DNA from: Nymphaea colorata
Lineage: Eukaryota
Assembly (NCBI RefSeq): GCF_008831285.2
Contig: NC_045138.2
Coordinates: forward strand, 17,546,001-17,610,000
Direction of reading: 5' to 3'
DNA length: 64,000 nt
Part shown: positions 12,368 through 23,538 of the stretch, one piece after another
Layout of the letters: each line of letters opens with the position of its first letter
How positions within the stretch are numbered: the stretch's first letter is position 1
The notes under the pieces: model-generated
Database searches by the model: none
What the model was told of the DNA's origin: nothing
The model's input: only the letters and a program-made list of their open reading frames with translations
Program-made: the position numbers and the translations under genes

Positions 12368-12506
12368 ATCGAATCTAAATTCGACCACCCAGATCTCCCA
12401 CTCTTTTCTCTCTCTTTCTAATCCTTATATATATATATATATATAGTCATCGAATCGAAATTGGACCACCCAGATCTCCCACTCTTTTCTCTCTCTTTCG
12501 AATCCG
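12289..12506. repeat. (CT)n(AT)n microsatellite plus tandem duplication of ~63 bp
   Basis: CT/AT run at 12289-12363; TAGTCATCGAATC...TCTCTCTTTC.AATCC occurs at ~12363-12425 and ~12444-12506. Confidence 0.9.
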
Positions 12507-13193
12507 TTGGTGGCCCTGCCTGCATAAGGTTGGAAGGGTAAAAAGGAATGCTAGACAACACATTACAAAGGCAATCAATCAACATGCAGCCAAACTGTTT
12601 AAGAAGATTGCTCGGTTAAAGATGAGGACGACGATAGAGGCTCTCAACAATCTAACAAGGAAAGACAATCTAAGAGCATTAGAACATATCTCAACAACTT
12701 ATAAAAGCAATCACTATGACAATGTAATCTCTCCTAAAATTAAGGTGTAATTTTATAAATAGTACAAGAACATCTCCACCAGTACCACAGTGGAAGAGCT
12801 CTCGCGTGAACTTGGGTGATCATTTCACCGAGTAAATCTGTCTTCTTCCACGGGCTTGCCCTTTGCCTTTACCCATTGATGGGTAGAGGAAAGGAGGAGC
12901 CATTGCTGCTCCTCTTTGAAAGATGAGAGAGAAAGAAAATGAGAGAGAGAAAGGAGAGATTTGGACCATTTGTTATAGATTGGATAGCGGAGACTTGATG
13001 TTCTCAGATGTTATATATATAAAACACATTCCAGTGCACAAACAATACAACACAAACGCTGAATGGATCGCTGAGAATGGACAAAGTATGAGACAAATAT
13101 TAGACGAAGTTGAAACAAATGAATAAAACATGAAACAAACGTTAGATAGACAAAATAGATGGAATGTGAGCAAACATCGGACACAACAGATAA

Positions 13194-13490
13194 GATAGAT
13201 AGAACATGAACAAGCATAAGATAAAATGAACAAAACAAGCAAATGTATCATGTGAAACGATAGATAGAACATGAACAAGCATAAGATAAAATGAACAAAA
13301 CAAGCAAAATGTATCATGTGAAACAAGCGTCAGACAAAAAAGACATGGTATGTTGTTCATCTAAGAACACTCTTATCCGCGACAGATGGTAGTGTGGTAG
13401 ATAGGAAGTCCTTACGACAACAATCAAATACTCTTATCCACGACAGATGGTAGTGTGGTAGATAGGAAGTCCTTACGAAAACAATCAAAT
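13194..13490. repeat. Two adjacent two-copy tandem repeats (~65 bp and 61 bp)
   Basis: GATAGATAGAACATG...TCATGTGAAAC at 13194-13258 and 13259-13324; ACTCTTATCC...ACAATCAAAT at 13369-13429 and 13430-13490. Confidence 0.9.
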
Positions 13491-13780
13491 GGCCTTTTAT
13501 GGAACACTAAATTCTGGTATTGCATGAAAATTTCGCAAACTAAGGATTCATGAATATTGTGTTAGTGTTTCTATTAAACACCCTCTGAGAGTCGAACGAT
13601 CGTTGAATCCTAATTCAAACAAATTGACAATTTTAATTTGAGAGCTTGTGCATGTAGACAGTGATTGAGGAATGGAGACAGATCCATGGTATTGACCCAA
13701 TTTTAGAGAAAGTTGTAGACGTTGCCGATAAGTACCAAATAGGGACATATAACCACATCACCCATTTGCGGCCGTTTCAT

Positions 13781-13927
13781 TTTATATAATTTCATCATCG
13801 TTCCCCTTCACCTTCCCCTGCGAGCAGTAGCAGCAGGACGGCTTGCATCGGCAGCCAATTACAGCGCCGTCAACATTTCCAAGAAGTTGCTTCTGCTCAT
13901 TCTGGTCTCAGCAGGCAGTAGTTCTCT

Positions 13928-13990
<63 letters not shown>

Positions 13991-14090
13991 CTCCTGCCCC
14001 CGCCCTTCATCTGCTCGACCTAGACCGTCGCCGTAGTGTCGAATTACCAGACCGGCTTCAACTTTTTATTGACGGGTTGGGCTCTATTGA
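13781..14090 (+). promoter_or_regulatory. Probable promoter and 5' leader exon, likely of the TSA gene
   Basis: TTTATATAA at 13781 followed by a GC-richer stretch with (CT)n(CA)n typical of plant 5' UTRs, then T-rich intron-like sequence. The link to TSA is inferred. Confidence 0.4.
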
Positions 14091-15903
14091 GCTGGAAGGG
14101 TGCTATTTTTCTCTGCTTGTTTCTTTTCGTGGGTGTTGGTATTTTTCAGTTGCATGCTATCATTCGTGTGTGATCATGGTTCCTGTTGGTTTTCTGCTGT
14201 GCGTGTTCTTCTTCCTTGGGCGCTTCTTAGAAAGAAAAAAAATGTGATACTGTGTTTTACTGTTTGGCTTGACTGACCCGATTGGCGCGTTCTTTTCTGA
14301 GTTTCATAAGAAAAAATGTGGTTTTGAGTGAAATATTTGCATCTTGTCCATTCAACATCGTTGCTTTTGAGTCCATTGTCCAACTTGTGCTAGATTTATC
14401 CGCGGGTGCGTAGAATGTGAGAATGGGGAAGCCAAGGATTTGATGAGACATGGCTGAATCTGTTCCATATTTGGGTATGCACTGAATGTTAGTGGACTGA
14501 TATTGAATTGAGGACTGTCAATCTAAAAAATAAACTTGTCGCCTTATCCACCTTGGCGTTTCTATTTAAGCAATCCCATGCTTTCAGTTGGTAGAAATCC
14601 TTTACTTGTTAAATTTCATTTCGTAAGGCCGGACGAGCCAGCGACAGGGTTTCATCAAGGAAACCCTGTTTGAAGTGCTGCCTCTGATCTGGGCTGTGCA
14701 TCCATCCCCCGACGACCACCAGCGACATCTCCGGCGACAGCGATAGAGACGGCGACAGCCTCTCGTCCAGCCGGTGCTCCCTCTGACTGCTACTGTTTTC
14801 TGGCGAATCAGCCTCTTGTCCGGCTACACTCTGGCGTCAGCTCCTCCGGCGACAGCTTCAGTCCAGCGAGAGCCTTCGGCAAGGTTTATTTGTCCAGCAA
14901 AAAAAAAAAAAAAAACGAAATCAAGTTTAGTTTTTTTTTTTTTTAATTTATTTTTCTTGTTTATCCCCTAAAATTCAGGGCCTTACTGTAAATCGTGGTC
15001 GCCTAATCTAATTTCTTAATAAAACTTTGTCATAATCTTCAATCGGTGTTATTCTTACGATCTTATCGGTTATCTATGTTGAATCGGTGATGTACCCTTC
15101 ATTCCACAATTTTGTTTCTGCCCTATTATCCATGCTTTTGTTTATCTTTTCACCGAGCCTATTGTTCCTCTTTTCACTAATTTTTCTGCGGTGCATGTAG
15201 TGCTGACTTCATTGACAGAATGCACTAGTGTTCCTATAACTTCTATGGATTTACATGCTACGGAATGATTGAATGAGGCTGAAAGTTTAATAAATATGCA
15301 ATTTCTGGCGCTCCTCCTTAGTTATATAGTCATTAGCTTTTTTGTTTGTGCTTGGAGTTTTAAATCTAACAAACGTTATGAGTCTAATGACTTATGATTA
15401 AACCTTAATTTCTACCAACTATTTTTGTTTGTTGTTATTTAGTTTTGGTTGAAATTATATATATGTATACATATACGCACCCGTACTGAATTATTTTTGA
15501 GATTTGCCACATCCCACACCGGCACCCGCAACCACACCCCGCACTCAGGTGATGTAGATTTTAGCTTTACAGTTTTTTGCAGTTCTTATGGTTTTGGAGC
15601 AAACGGCTTAAATCAGAAAATCTGGCAATGATAAGTTTTTTGATCCATGAACTTTTTTCTCATTCGTCAGTCATCACACCTGATGAGGTCTTTTGGGAAA
15701 TTGGTTTCATGCCCATCATTCACATGTTAAAAAAACACAGGGTTGGGATTTTCTTTCTTGGAAGAAGATTCTAGAATTTTATTTAGTGGATTTTTATCTC
15801 AGTATTTTATTTTGCAGCCATCAAATGGGGCCTGATGGGCAAACCCTTTTATGCAGGCTATTTGACGACGGATGTGTAAAAAGAGTGAGAGAGTGTCTGG
15901 TAT

Positions 15904-18900
15904 ATGGGTATGGCACTTGTAGTGAGGACTACCATTAGTTTTCTGCCTTCCAAGCACAGGATCTGTCCATCTCTGGCTACAACCACCACCAAGAGGTTTA
16001 TAGCAGTTTCCATCTCTTCCCCAACAATGGCCTCCTTGAAGGCCTCTCCTGTTCCTGCCCTGAGCCTTTCAGAGACCTTCTCTAGGTTGAAGAAACAGGG
16101 AAAGGTGGGTCTTTTTTCCCTTTTCTCATTTGGGTTTTTTCTCCTTATTTGGTTTCTGCAAGTTAACTTCTTGTTGCTTGATTCAATTGCGCTTACTCAT
16201 TTCGAGGTTGTTGACTTCTCTATTTTCTTAGGCCCCTATGACATGATTAACAATCCTGCCCTTTAGTTGCTGGAGTTTTAGTTCTCCCACGTAATTAGTT
16301 GTACATTTTGGTCGTGTTATTATTTTAAGTTCCAATTTTTTTCTCTCTGGGTTTCTGGTATCTCCTTTGAGTTCCATGCATTCGTTGCCTTGTTCTTTAG
16401 TTTCTGCGCATTTGTGTACACCATGCTTTGTCTCTTGTCCTTTTCCAGCCAATTTAGATCCATCAATTGTTAATTTGTTTTGTTTCATAGTTCTAGTTGC
16501 TTCCTATGAGGATTCCCCACTAATTTCCCTTTTTCGACTCTTTAGTTGGCATGTGGATTTGAGCATTTGCTTGACATGTTCCAGTTTCTACTTGTCTGTG
16601 AGATGACTATGTGGATTTGGACGTTTGATTTAGTGATATTTTGGACCCTGCATATGCTTTCTAGTTCAATGTGCAAAACAAACTTGTGGTTCGATTGCTC
16701 CTTTAGTTGTTGAATAAAATTCATGCAAGACATTGTAGTGATTGCTCGGATAAGGCTTAGTCTGTGTGCTAGGAGGAAGCAATATACATAAATTTGAGTT
16801 GTAGCAGTACCAAGTCCAACTATTGCCAAGGAGAACTGAGTATAGGGTGTATAACGTCATGGTTATTTACTCAATGAATGCATTGATTCAAGGTTGTAAG
16901 CAGTAAAAGTTTCCATTTTGTACATATTAATTATGTTTACAAGCCAAGCCGATGCATGCTGAGCCAAACTCGATTCCTTGGATTTGGCTTTTATTTGGCA
17001 AACCTATTTGATGAGTTTGATTGAGCTGTTAGAGTCCTGACACATGGGATGAGCTGGGTAACATGCTGCCCTCCCAATTCAGGACGCTATTTGTATGTCT
17101 TGCATTTTATCCTGTCACTATTTGAGTTGGCTTCCTAATATATTCTGATATGCATTTTTTTTTTCTTGATGTGGCTTTCCATATGATGGAGAAGTTTTGC
17201 TTTGCGTGGAGAATAACAGCAAATACACCACTTGGCCCACTTCTTTGAATCCTTGTTTCTCTTCCTTTTATCCTTTTTTGCTTCTATAATCCATTGAATA
17301 GGATCTTTTAGAAAAAAAATTCTTGTTAGTTGATGGATATTAACTTTTTAAAATGATGTTGGGTATCTTGTGGGATTATGTTGGGAGCATCTACGTGCCA
17401 TTCACTCTGTTACTGGATACTTAAGCTTGGTAGCTGTTTACAACCTTCCTAAAATTTATCCTCACCATGCACAGGTAGCCTTTATACCTTATATTACTGC
17501 AGGAGATCCTGATCTTTCAACAACTGCAGAAGCATTGAAAGTTCTTGATTCTTGTGGCTCTGACATCATTGAATTGGGAGTACCATTTTCTGACCCTTTG
17601 GCTGATGGACCAGTTATTCAGGTTTGGGAATTGTTCAATTTCTTTGTTATTTGTTCTCATTTTATGCTTCTTCAGAGGGTCATAAGTTGGTGTTGCATGT
17701 GTTATCAGGCAGCTGCTACACGTGCTCTGGCAAAAGGTGCAAATTTTGATGCAATTGTTGCTATGCTAAGAGAGGTACTGTATTTAAAGTGCCATTAACA
17801 CTTTGTGATGCATTTGCATTTGGATGGTAAAGCAATGCACATATATGATCTGCTCTGATGTCTATACAGTCTGCCCTATTTATTAAAGCAAGGATTGTGC
17901 CATTTTTTCCCCTAAATTGAGACAATAGCATTCACTTCTCTTGAACTCTCAGAACGTTCAAACTTCTGTAATTTGTATACTTCAAAACTTGTTGCTGTTT
18001 TATTATCTGATAGTGTCTCTTTCATCTTGTATCTGATATATTTGATCAACATGGCTGCTTCTGACTCTTCAATACTCTGTCCTATATACCAAGATAAACT
18101 TCATGAGAATGATATAGAACTAGTGCTAATCTATCTTGTTGAAATTTGCTGAGCAGGTCATCCCTCAAATATCTTGTCCAGTTGCTTTGTTTACTTATTA
18201 CAATCCTATCCTGAGACGTGGAGTTGAGAAATTCATGGATATCCTACACGATGCAAGTGTCAAGGGTAATATATTCTCAGCTTAAGAATATTTAGTTCCT
18301 TGCTTTTTCTCCAAAAGGATGGTATACTGCAGTCTTCTTCCGAAACTATTCTCTGTTGAGTGAGTTGCACTTTGGACTCAAGTGCTAAGACATCTCCTCT
18401 CTTCAAATGAAATTTATGGGAGAAAATCATAGCTGTTCCTGTGCATGTGCTTTTTCAACATTCTCCTGCTTGGTTGTCCCTATATGGCATTAAAATCAAT
18501 ATCAAACTGATTTCAATATTTGTCCACAGATGTTTGCTGATTTTTTTATGATGAATCTGGTGTGCGGATGCACAAAAAAGAAAAGCTCATTTATGTGGAC
18601 CAGTTTCCTGTGTCATTATGGTGACCGAATGTCATAGGATTCTTTCTTTGGAGTACTTGAGAAATTACCATTCCCTGGTTAGTTTAGAGTATGTGCTTAA
18701 TTTAGCATTTTGACCTGATGGTTTGTGTTTCATCTTTTATCCTGTTGAGTTTAGAACAGAAAATTTTACCTTAGTCACAAAAGATGTTCCTTTCCTTGTA
18801 AAAGGATGGCTTTCTTTCCTTTCTCTGGCATAAAAATCAGTGTCCTCATCAGTCATGGCTGGCTTTAAGTCCTTTTTACTGTGGAAGCGATTGTACTACA

Positions 18901-21078
18901 GTACTCAATTCCTGCTTTTATTCTTCTGTATTCTTTGCATCATTATGCTTCTTTCAATTCTACTTTATTATCCATCTCAAAACATGGATTGCTTGTCCAT
19001 GTTTCTGATCTATCTGAATTTGGTGAATTTGTAGGCTTGGTTGTTCCGGATGTTCCTCTAGAAGAGACCGAAATTTTGAGAAAAGAAGCCACCAAAAAGG
19101 ATATTGAATTGGCAAGTATTTATTCTTTGACAGCTTTTTCACTCAGATGGTCGTACCTTGTACTTCCTCCACATAACTATTGTATTGTGGAATGAAGCAC
19201 TGGTGGAACCATAGGGTTGTTTCACCAATGTCACACATCCCAGAAAGTTGGATCCATGGTAAATGATTTTCAGACTAAATGTCTGATTGATGTGTCTTCC
19301 AGATTGATACTCGTGTTGTAAAATCTGGTCTGGAAACAGAAAATTTACCTTTTCATGTAAGCTATTAATAACAAGGATGCATGTCTAGGAGCAAAAAATG
19401 CATAAATGCAAGTGGTCAGATGGCATGTTCTGGTAAATCTGAAAGCGACATACAAATATGACAGAAATTATTGTCATTTTGTTTGTGATTGAACTATCCA
19501 GGTCGAATTTGGGAAGCAACTAACAGAATGAACAAATAAGTGATTGAAAAGTTGTCTTTGGTAAAATATTGTAGTGTTGAATCATAAGTGAAACAAAGAG
19601 GTTGGAAGATTTTTGAGCAAATGTAGGATTAAATTCATGAATGGCGTCAGACTAGTGTTCCGTGAATAACGTCAAATGCGTATGTCCCAGAATATATACT
19701 TTCTAGCTTTTGTATTTTGTGAACCTTTTTGTCTTTCATTTTTTAGGATTGTTTTTTAGCATCTCGCCTTAGTCGAGTAATCATGATACTTGAATTTTGC
19801 ATGTGCTTTGAGTTGTTTTCTTTTCAGAGCAATGTTGGTTCAATATGGTGTCAATAAGCTAGTAGATGTAATGCTGCAGATGCATCTTCTAGTGCAAGAT
19901 ACTAGACTATCTGCTCTTTTTTCTAGTTTTGAGTAATTTTTTCATTTTTCTAATGGCACTTGTTATTTTCTTTAATTTTGTTAGCTTGTCAAAGACAAGT
20001 TGTAGAATCACATTGACAAAGGTTGGTGACTGACATATCACAAGCTGTTCTTGCTAATTCTTGCTTAACTTTTTCAAGGTTCTATTGACGACGCCTACTA
20101 CACCAACGCATCGAATGAAAGCCATAGCTGATGCTTCACAAGGATTCCTCTACCTTGTAAGTTTTTCTCTCTTTTCCAGTTCAAAGTTTTTAGTTATAAT
20201 TGAGGCTATTTGTTTTCATGGTAATGTAAATTTCTCAATCCACTTGAGATTCTTAGTTTCTCTTATCTGGAAGGCTAAAATGTTCGAACGCTAGTTGGAA
20301 ATGGCTTGACATGGATGCCAATGGAAATCCCACACCCATTTCAAATGAATGTCCTATTAGATTGGGCATGCCGTCTAATGAATGTTATTATGGATGGTAA
20401 TCTATCAACTAATTTGCAAGGATCTTGGATGTTATCATGCAGGTGAGTTCAACAGGTGTCACTGGTGCTCGTGCTTCAGTGAGTGAGTCTGTTCAGACTC
20501 TTCTTCGTGATATAAAGGAGGTATTTTCTTCTTTTCCCTCATTGAATTTCATGTTCAATTTTGTTGTTACTCCAAGTAGATGGTAACAAAACATCCTCAT
20601 TATTAATTTTGTTGCTCCTTACTCTAAGATGGATTCACTGCACAGTGCGCATTCTCTTTGTTATTTGACAAAACATTCTATGCACCGAAAGTCCTAATTT
20701 CTATAACAACCGACAGCATGTCAATTTCAATTCCAAAGTGATCAAATTGAACCGGTTTTCTACATATCTTTCAGGTGACGGATAAACCTGTGGCTGTTGG
20801 TTTTGGTATATCAAAACCAGAGCATGTATCCCAGGTTAGTTCTGTCTCTCTCCCCCCCCAAACACACACACACCATCCAACTGTTAGAACTTGAATATTC
20901 TTGCAGTAAATGTCAATCACTACTAAATGTTTTCTTATTGCAGATAGCTGAATGGGGTTCTGATGGCGTTATTGTTGGAAGTGCTATGGTGAAAGTGTTG
21001 GCTGAGGCAAAGTCTCCTGATGAAGGACTCAAGAATCTCGAGACTTTCACCAAGTCCTTAAAGGATGCCCTTCCATAA
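15904..21078 (+). CDS. TSA: Tryptophan synthase alpha chain / indole-3-glycerol phosphate lyase, plastid-targeted, ~316 aa
   Basis: Exons 15904-16104, 17475-17621, 17709-17774, 18157-18265, 19035-19111, 20079-20156, 20443-20520, 20775-20834, 20944-21078 join in frame (951 nt). Motifs [68 protein letters not shown]-rich transit peptide. Confidence 0.96.
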
Positions 21079-21264
21079 TGCAATTTTGTAATGTCCTAGC
21101 AATTTGATCAGGTCGATCATGAATGTCATGTCTCCAGCATTTATGCAATTGTGAACTTTGGACAGGTAGAATTAGTATGGACGAGCTGAAAGAGATGGTT
21201 CCAATTATCATAACATGCATATTGCTAACATAATAGTTCTGCTTTGACAACGAATCAGCAATAT

Positions 21265-21625
21265 GGACAACATCGATGATGCTATTCCAAGTGAATAGAT
21301 TGGGATGCTCAATTTACCTGAAAATTTCGTTGACATGGCACAAATCAGGCAATGCAGGTGAGTAGGTAGAAGTTTGCTGGCTGGCCACAAAACCTTCGGT
21401 AATGATGACCGCAATGATCAAGTGAGCGTGTAACTGGCAGAAATGTTCAATACAGTAGCAGATCTTCCGATCAGCGGAAGTACGGATGGATTTTTGTAAG
21501 CTGACTGGTGTAACGAAGAATGCACACGATTCTACGCAAGGCTTCTGATGGAGCATGAAAAAGAAGCAGGGAGTTAGTGACACGGAAGAAACAAGCTACG
21601 GCCAGGCCGTGCATTTATTTCCATG
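21265..21625 (-). pseudogene. Truncated, frameshifted copy of the 5' end of the neighbouring PPR gene
   Basis: Aligns by eye with ~25170-25555 (e.g. CAAATCAGGCAATGCAGGTGA, GATCAAGTGA...GTGTAACTGGCA, GGAGCATGAAAAA). Translates HFCQLHAHLI / PALPDLCHVNEIFR*, with TAA where the intact gene has CAA. Confidence 0.88.
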
Positions 21626-23192
21626 GAGAGAGTCTCGCCGTTTGATTCCATCTAATTGATAAACTGGTTATGTAATTAGTCAATTAGACGGAACCAATTA
21701 GATAGATTCCTCTTCAGCTACTGGTAAAAGGAGTTGAGCCTTCTTATTGATCAATTGATCGATCTTTGTAGTAGGAGTAGATGGAATCGAGAGATCAGAC
21801 AAGAGGTCCCAAGAAAGAACCTCAGTGATCTTCCCTACGACATGGGAGAACATAATACGCCTTAAGTGATTTAGCACGACAAGAATGTGATAGAGGACAA
21901 GCCTTTGAGAGTTTCAATAAAATATGCGCAACAAAACTTGCATGGAGTATGATGGAGTAGCAAACAAGCTGAAGACGGGGGTGTCCGAACGAAATAGTTA
22001 GTCCTTGTGTTTGATGAAAGCACACAGGAGCTGAACAAGTATTCCAAGCTTTGTCAGGCTTGAGTCGTTCATCTTGCCATTAAAGCAACAGAAGCTGCAA
22101 GATCTATGATTTCCTGTTCTTGGGGCGCCACCTGTTCCTGGTGTTCAAAGAATGCAAATTGCTACATTTGGGTTAACGATGGGACAGACACTCCACTTAA
22201 CGGAATTGTTGCTTCACCTTAATTTCGTTGGTGTTCCTCTTCCTCAAGAAACTTTGGTGACGCTGATTGTGAAGCATTGGTTTTCAAAAATGGCCAACTG
22301 CCAAACTCGATTCTCAGGAGTAAAGTATTATGTCCGGTATAGAGAGGCTCCGTCTCACAGGTCACTACGGTTCCAGATGGAAGTAATTAGATTGGGGGCT
22401 TGGAGAGATCTAAGCAGGGGCATGAACAGTTCAGATTCAGTTTAGTCCCAGACTTTAGCAAATTGAACATACTTTTGAGTAATCGAATTTAGATTCAAAC
22501 TCAAATTTGAGCACTTATTTATAAACAGAATTGTGCTTCAAAGGCATACCATTTGACAATTATATGTAAATAAGTAGGACCTATTTATTGAACCCGAATG
22601 GAGATCAAATTCAAATTTGAATTTGCCTATGAAACTCTATGACAAATCTCAAAGTTAACATGTGTTTCCTTTCATCTCAAAGAATGGCATACATTTTTAG
22701 AAACAGACCTTCACATCAGGTCCTAATGGTAATATGAATTTTCTATCACCATTAGATTTATTTAGGTAAAGAAATTATCTGTCATCTCTTCTCATGTGCA
22801 TGTAGGAGCTTCTTTATTCTTTGCCCTTTTTTCGGAGCAGGCTGGTGGGTAGATGTGCCTTCAGATTTGATCGTTGGGAACGATGGCTCGATAGTGGAGA
22901 TTTATCTGCCCATTCCTCCATGAGCCATAAACCTATGTTCTGAAGTGGTCTTATGTTTATAAAAAGTGAAAACATTGTCAGAAGTACAATGATATTTTGA
23001 TTTTTACCTTGACAGCAAGGAGCATGTATTCTCATTTTGAAGAAAATATCATGATTTCGTTGCAAATATTATTTACATTTATCTCTTGACAAATGGACCT
23101 CACCAACAAATATCAAGCGATTTACATTATAAAAGATTATAAATGGTTCCTTTTTCCTTGTTGAGACGAAACTTTTGAACATGAAAGCAATG

Positions 23193-23441
23193 GCCAATGG
23201 AAATCACACACCCATTTCAAATGAATTTCCTACCGGATTAGGCATAACGACCAACTGAATATTACTATGTTGGGAATCTCTCAACTAAGTTGTAAGGATT
23301 TTGGATTTGATCATGCAGGTGAACATGACAGGCATCGCTGGTGCTCGTGCTGCTGTATGACTGTTCGAACTCTTCTTCATGACATAGAGGAAGTAACTTC
23401 TCCTTTCCTCACTGAAATTCACCGTCAATTTCATTGTTACT
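23193..23441 (+). pseudogene. Decayed copy of TSA intron 6 end, exon 7 and intron 7 start
   Basis: Matches ~20317-20570 (GCCAATGGAAATC.CACACCCATTTCAAATGAAT, ATCATGCAG|GTGA, CTGGTGCTCGTGCT, ACTCTTCTTC). The exon copy 23319-23392 is 74 nt versus 78 nt, with a stop/frameshift. Confidence 0.88.
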
Positions 23442-23538
23442 TTTTCACCAAGCAGTGACTCGTGAGGGCCTTGACGAAACACAGGGATATAGACGAATTT
23501 TGCTGGTTTGACTTTCAGAATCAAGTAACTTGCATAAC

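Noticed and set aside
12973..13360. Three overlapping hydrophobic ORFs with internal repeats
   Set aside because: Products of the 65-bp tandem repeat and skewed base composition.
13194..13490. Repeats resembling a CRISPR array
   Set aside because: Only two adjacent copies each, no spacers, eukaryotic context.
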